64,000 nucleotides of DNA, taken from NCBI GenBank assembly GCA_951406725.2, contig OX597830.1, positions 18,538,001 through 18,602,000 on the forward strand. The letters run 5' to 3'. Positions 1 through 11,934 of this stretch are shown one piece after another. The notes below the pieces were generated by a model that saw only the letters and a list, made by a program, of their open reading frames with translations, searched no databases and was not told the origin of the DNA. The translations under genes were made by a program, and so were the position numbers. The number at the start of each line of letters is the position of its first letter. Position 1 is the stretch's first letter. The stretch comes from Octopus vulgaris. Its lineage: Eukaryota.

Positions 1-58
1 ACAAACTTACCATACATCCACACCATACAAACATTTACGAGAGGCTTTCACCAATTCT

Positions 59-800
59 CATCATCATTGTTCGACCATGGTCGAGACAATGGAATTTACC
101 ATGCTACGCCAGACTTCACGGTCCATCATAGCATTACGGAGGTCCTGTTGCTGGATGCCTGTATCCTTGGAAATTACATCAGGGTAGGAGAGTTTGCGCC
201 CTCTGGTATTGCAAGTAGATGGCTTCCAGAGGAGAAGAGTAGAAATTACCTCTTTTTCAGCTCTACAACAATGTCCAGCAAACTGGACTCTCCTACCTTT
301 CACAAGAGATGACACAGGTGGTAGTTTCCCATATATTTGCATTTTGGTTGAATGGCGCTTCCACGAGAGATTTTGAGCTCTCATAAGGAGGCGAGTGTAG
401 GTTCCATCCAACTGCCTCTCAAGCTTCTTTGATAACGTCCAGGTTTCTGAGCCATATAGTAGAATTGGTTCGACTGTGGCTTTGAAGATTTCAAGTTTGA
501 AATCTCTACTTAGATTTGATGACCAGATTTTATGCATGTCATTACAGGCTGACCAGGCCATACCCTTTCTAGTTAGAAAATCTTTTTCAGATGATGATAT
601 GTATGACCCAAGATATTTGTAATCAGAAACCATATTTAAGGGCGCATTGTTGAGAGTATGGATGATGCAATCACTGTTGGACAGGCACTTGTTTATATAT
701 TTAGTCTTGGCCTCACTGAGGTAAAGACCTACACAATTTGAGGCTTGTTCGAGAGATTGTAAAAGAGACTGGGCATTGGAGAGAGAATCACTGATAAGAG
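59..800 (-). mobile_element. 5'-truncated RTE-clade non-LTR retrotransposon (C-terminal RT/thumb region) inserted in a family A SINE
   Basis: ORF 64..945(-) contains LALISDS...KTKY...YKYLGS...ILLYGSETWTL...RRVQFAGHCCR...DREVWR, typical of RTE ORF2 downstream of YADD. It ends in a (TGA)n tail. Direct repeat CCAATTCT at 51-58 and 801-808 is the putative TSD. The flanks rejoin into SINE A sequence. Confidence 0.9.
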
Positions 801-1431
801 CCAATTCTACTTGTAAAGCATTCGTCAGCTGAAGGCAACAGAGAAGACACTTGCCCAGAATGTCACACAGTGGGGTTGTGACAGAAATGTCATAACCACA
901 CAGCCATGCCTGTACCTGAAGTATTGAAGAAAAAAATAATGTCAAGCATTAACAAATGTTGCTTTGATTCTTTTGGCAAATATGAGATCCAGACAAATGC
1001 TTTGAGTACAATTGATTGAAGGAAACTATTGAAGCCCAACATATATGTGCGTAGGGTCATGTGTATGCGTGTTTCCTTGCATGTCTGTTTGTATTAAGCT
1101 TCCTTAGCTGTAATGGAATGCTCCCTGCATTAAATATATCGTTTTCAAATTCTGACACAAGGCCAGCAATTTCAGAAGGTTGCTTACATCGAACCCTTCC
1201 CCAAGTTCAATTGATACTTATTTTATCAACCCCAAAAGAATGAATGGCAAAGTCAACCTCCATAGAATTTGAACTCAAAACGAAGACAGGTGAAATACTG
1301 CTAAACATTTTGCTTGGCATGCCAACGATTCTGACAAACTATTATACTTTTTCATGCAGATGATATTGAGTAATTTTATTTTCTTAAACATTTGCTTTGT
1401 AATACACTATCTATTTTCTTGATTTTTAAAC

Positions 1432-1809
1432 CAGGGGTTCTCAAAGATTTTTTAATCTATGGACCCCTTTGATTACTATTTTATTGTGGTGGACCCCCTC
1501 CACCCCAACCATAGCCATTCAATGCTTAAAAACTACTTTTATAGAAACTTCTTTCAAAATTTCTATTTGTTTCGTCCATCACATATTTACTTGTGTAAGT
1601 TGAACTATGTAAAATGTTAGAGAAAGAAACCTAGCTGTTTCTTGCAGAGCCAAAAAATTACTTAACTTAACTTTACAACTAAAACAAAAGTTTTTAGGGA
1701 TCCTTAAAATGATATTGTGGATTCCTAATTTACTATTTTGTTGTGTGCCCACCCACCAAATCTTATATGGACACTCAGGGGCAATATGGACCCCAGTCGA
1801 GAATCACTG
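1432..1809. mobile_element. hAT (Charlie-like) MITE
   Basis: Ends CAGGGGTTCTC...GAGAATCACTG; perfect 8-bp TSD TTTTAAAC at 1424-1431 and 1810-1817. Confidence 0.85.
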
Positions 1810-2090
1810 TTTTAAACAAACCTGGCTAACCTGAGTCATTCAGTGATTTATAAATTAACCTCAATAAAAAAATCAATATTTAGACTTAACCCTTTCATTA
1901 CAAAATTTCTGTTGAAAATTGTTGCTTTGTGTCAGTTTTTTTTTTGAAAATGATGAAGCATTTAGGAAAATAAATGTCACTAATTAAAAATGAAGTTTTG
2001 ATGGAAGGTTCTAATTTAGATTACTTTAAAACAGAAACTTTGTATCATAGAACCATGGGGAAGTTTCAGGCAGGTTGGTATAAAAACAAA

Positions 2091-2322
2091 AGGCAGCGAG
2101 CTGGCAGAAACGTTAGCACGCCGGGTGAAATGCGTAGCCGTATTTCATCTGCTGTTACGTTCTGAGTTCAAATTCCACCGAGGTCGACTTTGCCTTTCAT
2201 CCTTTCGGGGTCGATAAATCAAGTACCAGTTATGCACTGGGGTCGATGTAATCGACTTAATCCCTTTGTCTGTCCTTGTTTGTTCCCTCTGTGTTTAGTC
2301 CCTTGTGGGTAGTAAAGAAATA
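2091..2322 (+). mobile_element. Family B SINE, young full-length copy
   Basis: Head GGCAGCGAGCTGGCAGAA, B-box-like GAGTTCAAATTCC, core GCCTTTCATCCTTTCGGGGTCGATAAA, tail GTAAAGAAATA. TSD GGTATAAAAACAAAA at 2077-2091 and 2323-2337. Confidence 0.9.
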
Positions 2323-2804
2323 GGTATAAAAACAAAAAGGGACTTTATTATTTGTTTTTAATTTTCCACTGTGGGGTATATAAACCCTGTGCTATAAAAT
2401 TTGGGATGAGTGATCACTATGAATGATCCCTGTTCAAAGTGATTAACTATGAAACAGACCAGTTTTTAACACCACCAACAACAACAAATGGGACCCTTAC
2501 ATAATTGCTTGATATATAAAGAGCAACCAAATTTCCTTTAAATTACTGTTTACTATCTTGAAAAGTCAAGGATTCATAAGACAGCATAATTCTAGATATA
2601 CAATATTTATGTAAAGCCTAGTTTGCTACATGTAATCATCATCATCGTTTAACGTCCGCTTTCCATGTACCAAAGAGTCAATTTTGCACTGTTTTCAGAC
2701 CTAGCTAAATCCGAAAGTACAAACCACAGGGACTTGAGTCACAACAATCACACTATCAAGGCAAGGAGACAGTAATACACACACACATATATATATATAT
2801 ATAT

Positions 2805-2997
2805 AAACAATTTATAAGTAAGGGCAAAAGAAAAAATTTCTAATGCCAAAATATGCTGAAAATAGACATAACATCAATAACCATGTAATTTATCACTACA
2901 AGCATGCGTTTTGAAGAAAGCCGATAGAAATTTCTAAAAAAATTTCGTTATTACCATATCTGACCCGATTTCAGAGTTAGTTCATAAGAACCTTCCC

Positions 2998-3001
<4 letters not shown>
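2805..3001 (-). mobile_element. Short Penelope-like terminal fragment inserted in (TA)n
   Basis: Unique ~200 bp bounded by (TA)n on both sides. The minus strand begins TGAAG...CTGAAATCGGGTC, resembling a truncated hammerhead core. Confidence 0.4.
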
Positions 3002-3033
<32 letters not shown>

Positions 3034-3276
3034 TACCTGTGTGGTTAAGAATTTCTAAATTCAATTACCTTGTGCAGTATTTTCGACAAGTATCTTTTAA
3101 CAAAGTTTTGGGTTAATCTTGCAAGTAAAATTTGGTAGAAGAAGGAAATTTATCATCATTTAACCCAATTCTCTATGTTTGTTTGCAATAATCACGTAAT
3201 GTCAAAAGAAGGGTACACAAACACACACAAATCTGCAGCTTTATTTATCAATATGTATGTATATATATATATATGT

Positions 3277-3462
3277 TTCAAAATGTGACCGCGTGTGAAC
3301 CGTTGGCGATTTTTTTCCTTTGTCTTCCCTTCTTTGGATCTTTCCTTTTCCTATGTTTCTGACGAAGAGCTCTGCTTGAAACGTTAAACCCTCCTTCTTT
3401 CCTGAGCGTCCAATAATACTATACTTGTTCCACGTCCTTGCGTTGTTGTGTTTCTCATGTTT

Positions 3463-3468
<6 letters not shown>
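3277..3468 (+). mobile_element. Short Penelope-like element in (TA)n carrying a minimal hammerhead motif
   Basis: Bounded by (TA)n on both sides; CpG-richer than flanks; contains GTTT-CTGACGA-A-GAGC-TCT-GCTT-GAAA-CG-TT-AAAC. Confidence 0.65.
3355..3389 (+). ncRNA. Minimal type I hammerhead ribozyme-like motif
   Basis: CUGANGA box 3359-3365, stem II GAGC/GCUU, GAAA 3378-3381, palindromic AACGTT in place of helix III, helix I GUUU/AAAC. Confidence 0.6.
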
Positions 3469-3505
<37 letters not shown>

Positions 3506-4207
3506 TATACACAATGGGCTTCTTTTAGTTTCTGTTCATCAAATCCAATCACAAGGCTTTGGTCGGTTGAATATTATAGTAGAAGATACTTATCCAAGAT
3601 GCTGCACAGTGGGACTGAACCGACGACCACATGACTGGGAAACAAACCTCTTTAACCCCACAGCCATGCCTGCACCTATGAATAATTCTAACCACCCTGA
3701 CATCGCTCAGTCATTACATCGCTCAGTCATTACAATACTCCAGTTTAGAAGTTAGGAAAGCTTTGACACCCAACAGTAAATGAACAAATGTATTTTTGTT
3801 AAGTGTGATAATGGCCATACTGGTTTTATTTCTCTCTGTCTTTGAATCAAAAGTGGTTGGTTACATCCTCACAATGCATTTTGATTTATTGGGGTCTGTT
3901 GCACTAATCTCAGATAACTATATTATTATTCTCCTATTCACTAACTTTTTTTCTACAGAACTATTGTAAATTGTGAGATGTATTAAGACAAGCCTTAGAA
4001 ACACCTGATTAATTGAAATGGTAAGGTCATGACTCACTTGTTTCTTGGAAAAGGAAGATCAGGAATTACCCGATATTAGATCTGATAAGATGAAGATTTA
4101 TCACCAGCACAATCTTGTAGTATTGTAGTGAGAAAACCAATTAAGGATACTAATAGAATTGCTTGATTTACTAAAAGTAACTACAAAATTTCTGTTAGTC
4201 TTGACTT

Positions 4208-4414
4208 AGCTGGCAGGCGAAATGCGTAGCCATATTTCGTCTGCCGTTACGTTCTGAGTTCAAATTCCGCCGAGGTCGACTTTGCCTTTCATCCTTTCGG
4301 GGTCGATAAATTAAGTACCAGTTAGGCACTGGAGTCGATGTAATCGACTTAATCCGTTCGTCTGTCCTTGTTTGCCCCCTCTATGTTTAGCCCCTTGTGG
4401 GCAATAAAGAAATA
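4208..4414 (+). mobile_element. Family B SINE (5' partly deleted)
   Basis: Near-identical to 2091-2322 from GCGAAATGCGTAGCC to GCAATAAAGAAATA. Confidence 0.85.
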
Positions 4415-4530
4415 TATTATTCACTTAACCATTTCATTTCTATAATTCACTGCCTATGTATTTTTGAAAAATATACAAGAATTTGAGGAGATTTTAGTGA
4501 AATAATTCTTTTTCTTTATTAAGTTGATAT

Positions 4531-4759
4531 TTAACCCTTTAGTGTTTAAACCGGCTGTATCCAGCCCAAATATTCTACACATTTTATGCTCAAACTGGCC
4601 AGAACCAGCATCTCACACCTACCCTGCAATGTCATTCTAAAAATAAGCAATTACATCTTTCCTATCTTGAAGCTACAAAATAATATCAGATAAATTTTTT
4701 TTAAACGTGAATAAATAAGGATTATTTTTGCCAAATTAATCTGAATGCTAAAGGGTTAA
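4531..4759. mobile_element. piggyBac-type MITE, family E
   Basis: TTAA-CCCTTTAG...CTAAAGGG-TTAA; related copies at 21428-21656 and 34255-34468. Confidence 0.85.
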
Positions 4760-5097
4760 AGCAAAACCTATTTCATTTTATATCACACTCTGTGAACAAC
4801 AGCTTCCTTATCTACAGTTTTCAATGGACCACTCACTGGCTCACTTCATTTGAGAATAACCTTCATTCCATCATTTCAAGAAGACTTTCAACAATGTCAT
4901 GTGCACTATCTTTCTTTGACTAAGACAGTAAAAATTATTTTTTAAAGTACAATTTCTCCTGTATAAAACTATAACACATGCTAAAACTGACCTCGCTGGT
5001 GCCACGTAAAAGGCACTCATTCCACTTTGGTCATATTCTCTTCTATTGGTGGTTTTACTCAGAGGAGAAATTTGTGAAGTGTTGTATTACTCTTGAA

Positions 5098-5410
5098 TAC
5101 TGTCCTGATGTAGACTGTATGTACTCCATCCCATGCAGCTGTGGTAGGTTATACAAAGGCAAAACATTCTGCCCCCTCAAAATAAGAGTAGAGGAACATT
5201 GTAGAGCTGTGACATGAGGGGATATTGATAAATCGGGTATAGCTGATCAAGTATGGGAAAACAGAGACCACCTTTCCCTGTGGGATGAAGTTAAAATAAT
5301 AAACAGAGAACACCACTGGAAAATATGAAAAGTAAAAGAAGCAGCACATATGCTAGGACACAATAACCTCCTAAGCAGACCTAGTGCAGATATGAGTAGA
5401 ATATGGGAGC
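5098..5410 (+). pseudogene. Penelope-like element GIY-YIG endonuclease remnant
   Basis: Reading through two stops gives MYSIPCSCGRLYKGKT..LKIRVEEH...KSGIADQVWE..H...WDEVKII..E...KVKEAAHM, matching the GIY-YIG signature of Penelope ORFs. Confidence 0.85.
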
Positions 5411-5601
5411 TGGCATTAGGAAGGGTATCCAGACATACAAACCGTGCTAAAAAAGACAGTGAGGCTTGGTGCAGTCCTTTGGCTTGCCAGTTCCTGTCAA
5501 ACTGTCCGACCCATGCCAGCATGGAAAATAAATGTTAGATAGCGATGACATTGACAATGATGATGATGACAACGACAACAATATTGTAAATCCTTAATTC
5601 C

Positions 5602-5829
5602 TTAACCCTTTCGTTACCAACCCGGCTGAAATTGGCTCTGGCTCTGAGTACAAATTTTTTGCTTTCATAAGTTTTGAATTAAAATCTTCCACCAAACCTT
5701 AGTCACAATTTATGTTCCTAACACTAGCTGAATGATACCTAAGTTATTTTACTAAATTCTTTGTTATATTTAAAGTAATCGAAAGAAACACAGAGCATCT
5801 CAAAATAGATACAGTAATGAAAGATTTAA
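5602..5829. mobile_element. piggyBac-type MITE, family D
   Basis: TTAA-CCCTTTCGTTAC left end; decayed right TIR followed by TTAA; six copies in the window. Confidence 0.85.
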
Positions 5830-6686
5830 ACAATCATAACAATGTGGCGAGGAGAAAATTCACAAAATGTCATGTTACTTCCAAGCAGTGTTCTGATGTG
5901 TCCAAGAGTGTGGTTCTTTGTATTTTCTCTTTTGTGAGGATTAACTATGCTGGATTTTAGCTTTTGTCTTTTCTACATATTCATGAGTAGCTACAGATGG
6001 ATGGTTGTTCACTAAGAATGTGATGGTCTGTTATTCAGTGTCAGAGGTATTCAGTGGTTCCTTTTTTGAAGGATCATTATAGAAGAGTCTAGTGTGGTTG
6101 ATGAAGCTTATTTATTGAATATATTATAGTTTGTGAATGAGGTTTATTCTTAGTCTAATGTAGATGACAAGCTTTCTGTTGAGTCTAGTTGGTGAGGTTA
6201 GTTGTTGAGGTAAGTGTAAAGTATAGTAGGTTTTAATAGGTAACTGTTCCGGTACAGCGGGAGCATGGAACAATCAAATTTCAAGTCAACAAGAGAGTGT
6301 CTACAAAATTACTTAACCTGCTAAAAATAGCATTCCAATCTCCCTCATATGAGATCCTTAAAATAGGAAGGGCCAGATTTCATTATGTAAGTCCCAGATA
6401 CACTAGGTGATGAATTAGCATTGTAGACAGCAGATTGGCAGAAGTATTAGAGTATCAGATGAAATGCTTGACACTATTTATTCCAGCTCTTTGAGATCTA
6501 AGTTCAAATCTCACTGAGGTCAACTTTACTTTTCATCCTTCCTGGGTCATTAAAATACTAGTCTAGAGCAGTGGAACAGCAGACAAGATGTCTTGCAGTA
6601 TTTGCTCTGGCTTTTTGCATTATGGGTTCAAATCCTATCCTGACCTACTTGTGTGATAGACTTCATCTGTCACCTGGTTTAATACC

Positions 6687-6899
6687 TATTTCTTTACTAC
6701 CCACAAGGGGCTAAACGCAGAAGGGACAAACAAGGACAAACGGATTAAGTCGATTATATCTGGTACTTAATTTATTGAATCCGAAAGGATGAAAGGCAAG
6801 TCGACCTCGGTAGAATTTGAACTCAGAACGTAGCGGCAGACGGAATACTGCTAAGCATTTCGCCCGGCGTGCTAACGATTCTGCCAGCTCGCCACCTTG
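6687..6899 (-). mobile_element. Family B SINE
   Basis: Reverse complement of the family B consensus; TSD ACCTGGTTTAATACC at 6672-6686 and 6900-6914. Confidence 0.9.
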
Positions 6900-7869
6900 A
6901 CCTGGTTTAATACCATTACCTGGTGGTAAGCTTCTGTACCAAGCTTCCAGTCTAAGGATAACTTTCCCTTCCCCTCCTCTTCCATGTTGTGGAGGCCATA
7001 AAAAGAGGTGATGGGCACTGCCCTTCCTTCCGACTAAGTTATTAAAAAAAGTGTCTGGAAGAAGAACCATGGTGGAACACTTTATGACACATCTCTTGGA
7101 TTACTGATGACCTGGAACTAAATAACAACAAAAACAACACAATCAAAATGTTTTGCAGAAGACAGAAACATGAAAAATGATATTAACAGTCTGTAAAATT
7201 TTAAATGACTTTAGCAATAACTCATCTAAAAGATTTAGATGTTCACAAAGAATTTTAACAACAACATGATATTTGCTGTCTCACAAATGGTTAGAGTATA
7301 TTGTTTCAGCATTCTCACATTTCTATATTTAGAGCTATTATTAACATTTTTACATTACTCTTGTCTATTTCACTATTTTCTGCACAATTTAGATACATGA
7401 CAGAAGTGTCACTTAAAAAATATAATATTTATTGCAATAAACAACATCAGTGTTTCACTTTCACACCTAGCTAACATAACCTGCTGTAGTTTTCATCATC
7501 TCTGTTGCAATTAATTATTATAATTAAATAATATAGGATAACATAACATTCTCAGTAAATTTTCTTTCTGCTACGTTTCTTATTGTTCATATTACGCGTA
7601 AGAAGCATATATTCTCCCACATCAACCATAAAATGACAACATATCATAATAACTAATATATCATTATGATTAACGGTTTATATATTTATTATTTTTATTC
7701 ATTTATTTTTTTATTAATATGCATAGGAGTGGCTGTGTGGTAAGTAGCTTGCTTACCAACCACATGGTTCTGGGTTCAGTCCCACTGTGTGGCACCTTGA
7801 ACAAGTGTCTTCTACCATAGCCTCGGGCCTCTATTTGAATTATATGTATATATGTATATATATAAGTGC

Positions 7870-8024
7870 ATGCGTGGCTGTGTTAAGTAGCTTTCTTCCC
7901 AACCAAATGGTTCTGGGTTCAGTCCCAGTGCGTGACACCTTGGGCAAGTGTCTTCTACTATAGCCTCGGGCCGACCAAAGCTTTTTGAGTGGATTTAGTA
8001 GACGGAAACTGAAAGAAGTCCATC

Positions 8025-8098
<74 letters not shown>

Positions 8099-8327
8099 GT
8101 ATATATATGTGTGTGTGTGTGTGTGTTTGTGTGTCTGTGTTTGTCCCCACAACATTGCTTGACAACCGATGCTGGTGTGCTTACGTCCCCGTAACTTAGT
8201 GATTTGGCAAAAGGGACCGATAAAATATGTACTAGGCTTACAAAGAATAAGTCCTGGGGTCAATTTGCTCGACTAAAGGTAGTACTCCAGCATGGCCACA
8301 ATCAAATGACTGAAACAAGTAAAAGAG
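7870..8327 (+). mobile_element. Family A SINE (tRNA-like head, central (TA)n/(TG)n tract, AAAAGAGT tail)
   Basis: A-box-like TGGCTGTGT, B-box-like GGTTCAGTCCC, conserved body shared with more than 15 copies or fragments; an extra 5' fragment lies at ~7720-7830. Confidence 0.9.
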
Positions 8328-10501
8328 TTATTTTTTTTTGGACATGCATGGACATGCAGTTAAGAGATTTGTTTTGCAATTAAGTGATTTGGTTTGGTTT
8401 TATCTCACAGTGCAGCACTTTGAGAAAATGTGTTGATAAAAACTATAAAAAATCCTTGATGAGGATAACATGTTTTAGCATCACAGATCTCACAATACCT
8501 ATTAATCCATACATTTACAATCTATACAATACCTGTTAATCCATATATAGTTATTAAACAGTATACATGGTTAGGGCACTAGGCATTATTTGAAACAACT
8601 GTAGGATAAGAGTTGATTGCACCTTTTTTTTTTTATAAATACTTTCCATGGAAACAATCCTTAAACCTTTTTTTTTTTACTAATATACATATGTAGGTGC
8701 AAGTGTGATTGTGTGGTAAGAAATTTGCTTCCGAAACACATGGTTCCAGGTTCAGTTTCATTGCATGGCACCTTGGGCAAGTGTCTTAGACTATAGTCTC
8801 AGGCTGACCAAATCTTGTGAGTGGATTCAGATGATGGAAACTAATTGTACTGATTGTGTATGGCCGTTTTGAACACCCAGGGAGGGCATACATGGTATTG
8901 AACATGTCATGCCCTACAATCTTGATGTGCTGGATCTGCCCACCACCAGAACACATGACAACGACACAGAGACTGCGATCAAAGTGCATCCGACAAATTG
9001 ACTTTATCAGATTTATCGAAACATATTTCACAGTCACACATGTATCACATTTCTTGTGTGGGTCAGTGTATATAATGGGCTTCTTTCCATTTCCATCACC
9101 TTATTCACTCACAAGGCTTTGATTGGCCCAAGGCTATAGTAGCAGACACTTGCCCAAGATACCACAGAGTAGGACTGAACCTGGAACCATGTGGTTGGAA
9201 AGCAAGCTTCTTGCCACACAGTCATGCCCACATGTGTGCACACAATGTTTACAGAATCCTGATTCCATCTTTTCTATTTCATTTCTTTAAATTTCCTTTC
9301 ATTTAACTTTTGCTTCACTTTCATCAACAGTGGAGCAGATCTTGCTAGAAACTAACACCTACATTAAAATCATTTTTAATATTTTGCTAACTATTTTCAA
9401 AATTGAATAGTAAAGTATCAAATGTAAAAGTAGTTGATGTTAGAACTGTTAATTATTAATATATTCAATCAACATCAAAATCAAAAAGGCTTACTAAGAA
9501 TTATAAAGTAGTTTTTCCATAAATGAAGTAATTGTTAGAAGAATTTTTTTTAAAAATGATGAAAGAATCTGAGCAAGAATAATTACTGGATCATCATCAT
9601 CATCCTCATCACCACCACTACCACCACCATCATCATCATCATCATCATCATTTAATGTCCTTTGTCCATGCTGGCATAGATTGAATGGCTTGATCAGGAA
9701 TGGCAAGCTGAGGGACTGCACTTGATTTAGCATGGTTTCTAAGGCTGGATGCTCTTCCTAATGTCAACCACTCTGAGAGTGTAATGGGTGCTTTTACATT
9801 TCACTAGCATGGGTGCCAGCTGTGTGAGACCAGTATCTGCCACAGCTATGATTTCACTTGGCTTCATGGGTCTTCTGCTCAAGCACAGCATATTGCCAAA
9901 GGTCCTGGTCATTTGTCTTTGGCTCCATGAGGAACAAAGTAGCAAAATGCTCTTTTATTTTGGATAGAAGACCTAATATTATGACAGTATGCACACACAC
10001 ATAACTTATCTTTTACTCAGTAGATCAAAGCCATGCTGGAGCATCGCCTTGAAGAATTAAAGACAAACGAATCAACTTCAGTACTTACACTAACAAGGCA
10101 TTGGTCAGCTCTACCATGCAATGAGACTCAAGCACCCGGTGGGATACAGCCTGGAACTATGTGGTTGAGAAGCAAACTTTTGACAATGCAATAATGCCTG
10201 CACCTACACATGAGCAAGTGCCTCCTACTATAACACTGGGCTAACTAATTAATACTTTCTGAGTAAATTTGATAGATTAAAAACTGTGCGGAAGTCTGTC
10301 ACATAATTAAACTCTAATTACTTCAAATATATTCTCTGTGCGTTTTCAACTTCATTTCTTCTCTTCCTCCACTTGTTTAGATTAATAATAATTATATAAA
10401 ATTATATAAAATAATTATATAAAAGCTTTTAGAATTCAAAAATGATTGCAAACGAGCATTATGGTTTTATACAAGTGAGGTTGTTTGTTTCAAGTCTCCC
10501 A

Positions 10502-10729
10502 TTAACCCTTTCGTTACTGTATTTATTTTGAGATGCTCTGTGTTTCTTTCAATTACTTTAAATATAACAAAGAATTTAGTAATAGAACTTAGTTATCATT
10601 AAGCTAGTGTTAGGAACATAAATTGTGACTAAGGTTTGGTGGAAGATTTTAATACAAAACTTATGAAAACAAGACTTTTGTACTCAGAGCCAGAGCTGGT
10701 TTCAGCCAGGTTGGTAATGAAAGGGTTAA
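10502..10729. mobile_element. piggyBac-type MITE, family D
   Basis: TTAA-CCCTTTCGTTAC...GTAATGAAAGGG-TTAA. Confidence 0.9.
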
Positions 10730-10944
10730 AAAAAAAAAAAAAAACTTTGCTAGGAAACAAGAGAGTGTCAGTGACTGGAAGGGCTTCTTGTGTAGGAAAT
10801 ATGCTTAGACAAAAATTGTCTGATCCATGCAAACATGGGAGAGTGGATGCTGAGAGATGATTGATGTTGTTCAGTCCCAAGTCAACATTGATTAAGGAAG
10901 ACTTATGATTAAAGACATTCCAACTATGAGCTTCCCATCTATTT

Positions 10945-11249
10945 GTTGTTTGTTCCTTCATGAGCCATGCCTGGCTCATAGGGCCGGTTTCCCAATTTCC
11001 TTGGTGAATAGGTTCCCCACCTGGACGGGATGCCAGTCCATTGCAGGTGAGCTGCAAGATGCAGGAGGAAAGAGTGAGAAAAAGTTGAGGTGAAAGAGTC
11101 AGCAGAAGTTCGCCATTACCTTCTGCCGGAGCTGCATGGAACTTAGGTGTTTCACTCATAAACACACACATCGCCTGGTCTGAGATTCAAACCCGCGATC
11201 CCTCGACTGCGAGTCTGCTGCTCTAACCACTAGGCCATGTGCCTCCACA
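10945..11249 (-). mobile_element. Family F tRNA-derived SINE with V-domain-like segment
   Basis: Minus-strand head TGGCCTAGTGGTTAGAGC...GGTTTGAATCTC; segment TGCAATGGACTGGCATCCCGTCCAGG resembles the V-SINE domain (recalled). TSD TCCCATCTATTT at 10933-10944 and 11250-11261. Confidence 0.85.
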
Positions 11250-11668
11250 TCCCATCTATTTCTATACCTATTAATATATTACCCAATGTGTTCTTTCTAT
11301 TTTTAAGATAGCAATGTGTTGGAGGGGATTGACAACTATTTCTAGCTGGTCAGAGATTCCAATACAATTCAAATTATAAGATAGAACGTAGACATAATGT
11401 GAGGCAGGAGACGACAAAGTATGGTGCGCATTTCAATAAAGGCCGAGGGGTGATGTTTGTTGTGGTTGTTGTTTGACACTTAGTTCTCAAAATGCATTGG
11501 TGTGGGCGCTGGTGTCGCATAAAAAGCACCCAGTGGAGTCGTTGGCATTAAGAGGGGCACCCAACCATAAAAACCAAGCCAACAGGGATTATGGGACCTT
11601 GCCAGTTCATGTCAAACCATCCAACCAATGCCAGTATGGAAAATGGACATTAAATGTTGTTGTTGCTG

Positions 11669-11934
11669 TTTATTTGTTTGTTTCTTGAGCTAAGCGGTCT
11701 TCGTCCCAGAGCTCGCAAGATCGCGCCTCTGTAGTGGGAGAAGTCCGAAACGTGGTCCTTTGCTATTCGTAAGACCCGCAAAAGAGAACGCAGGTCAACC
11801 CCCGACACCGAGAGCATCGACGGATGGATGAATGTGCATCCAGGCTCAGCGGTTGCGTGGGAAGTCGGGGACAAGAAACAGGAAGAAAGAGTGAGAGAAA
11901 GTTGAAGCGAACCACTGGGCCATTGCGCCTCCAC
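11669..11934 (-). mobile_element. CpG-rich SINE related to family F, internally deleted head
   Basis: Minus strand starts GTGGAGGCGCAATGGCCCAGTGGTT fused directly to CAACTTTCTCTCACTCTTTC (shared with family F); AAAC-type tail; flanked by TGTTGTTGCTG direct repeats. Confidence 0.7.

Noticed and set aside
801-945. N-terminal part of the 293-aa ORF as a real protein start
   Set aside because: It is read-through into the flanking SINE; RTE homology stops at about 805, just after where YADD would be.
3701-3734. 16-bp tandem duplication CATCGCTCAGTCATTA
   Set aside because: Simple local slippage duplication with no further structure.
5860-6270. Possible second Penelope GIY-YIG remnant on the minus strand
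   Set aside because: Strand-biased composition is suggestive, but I could not recover a convincing motif.
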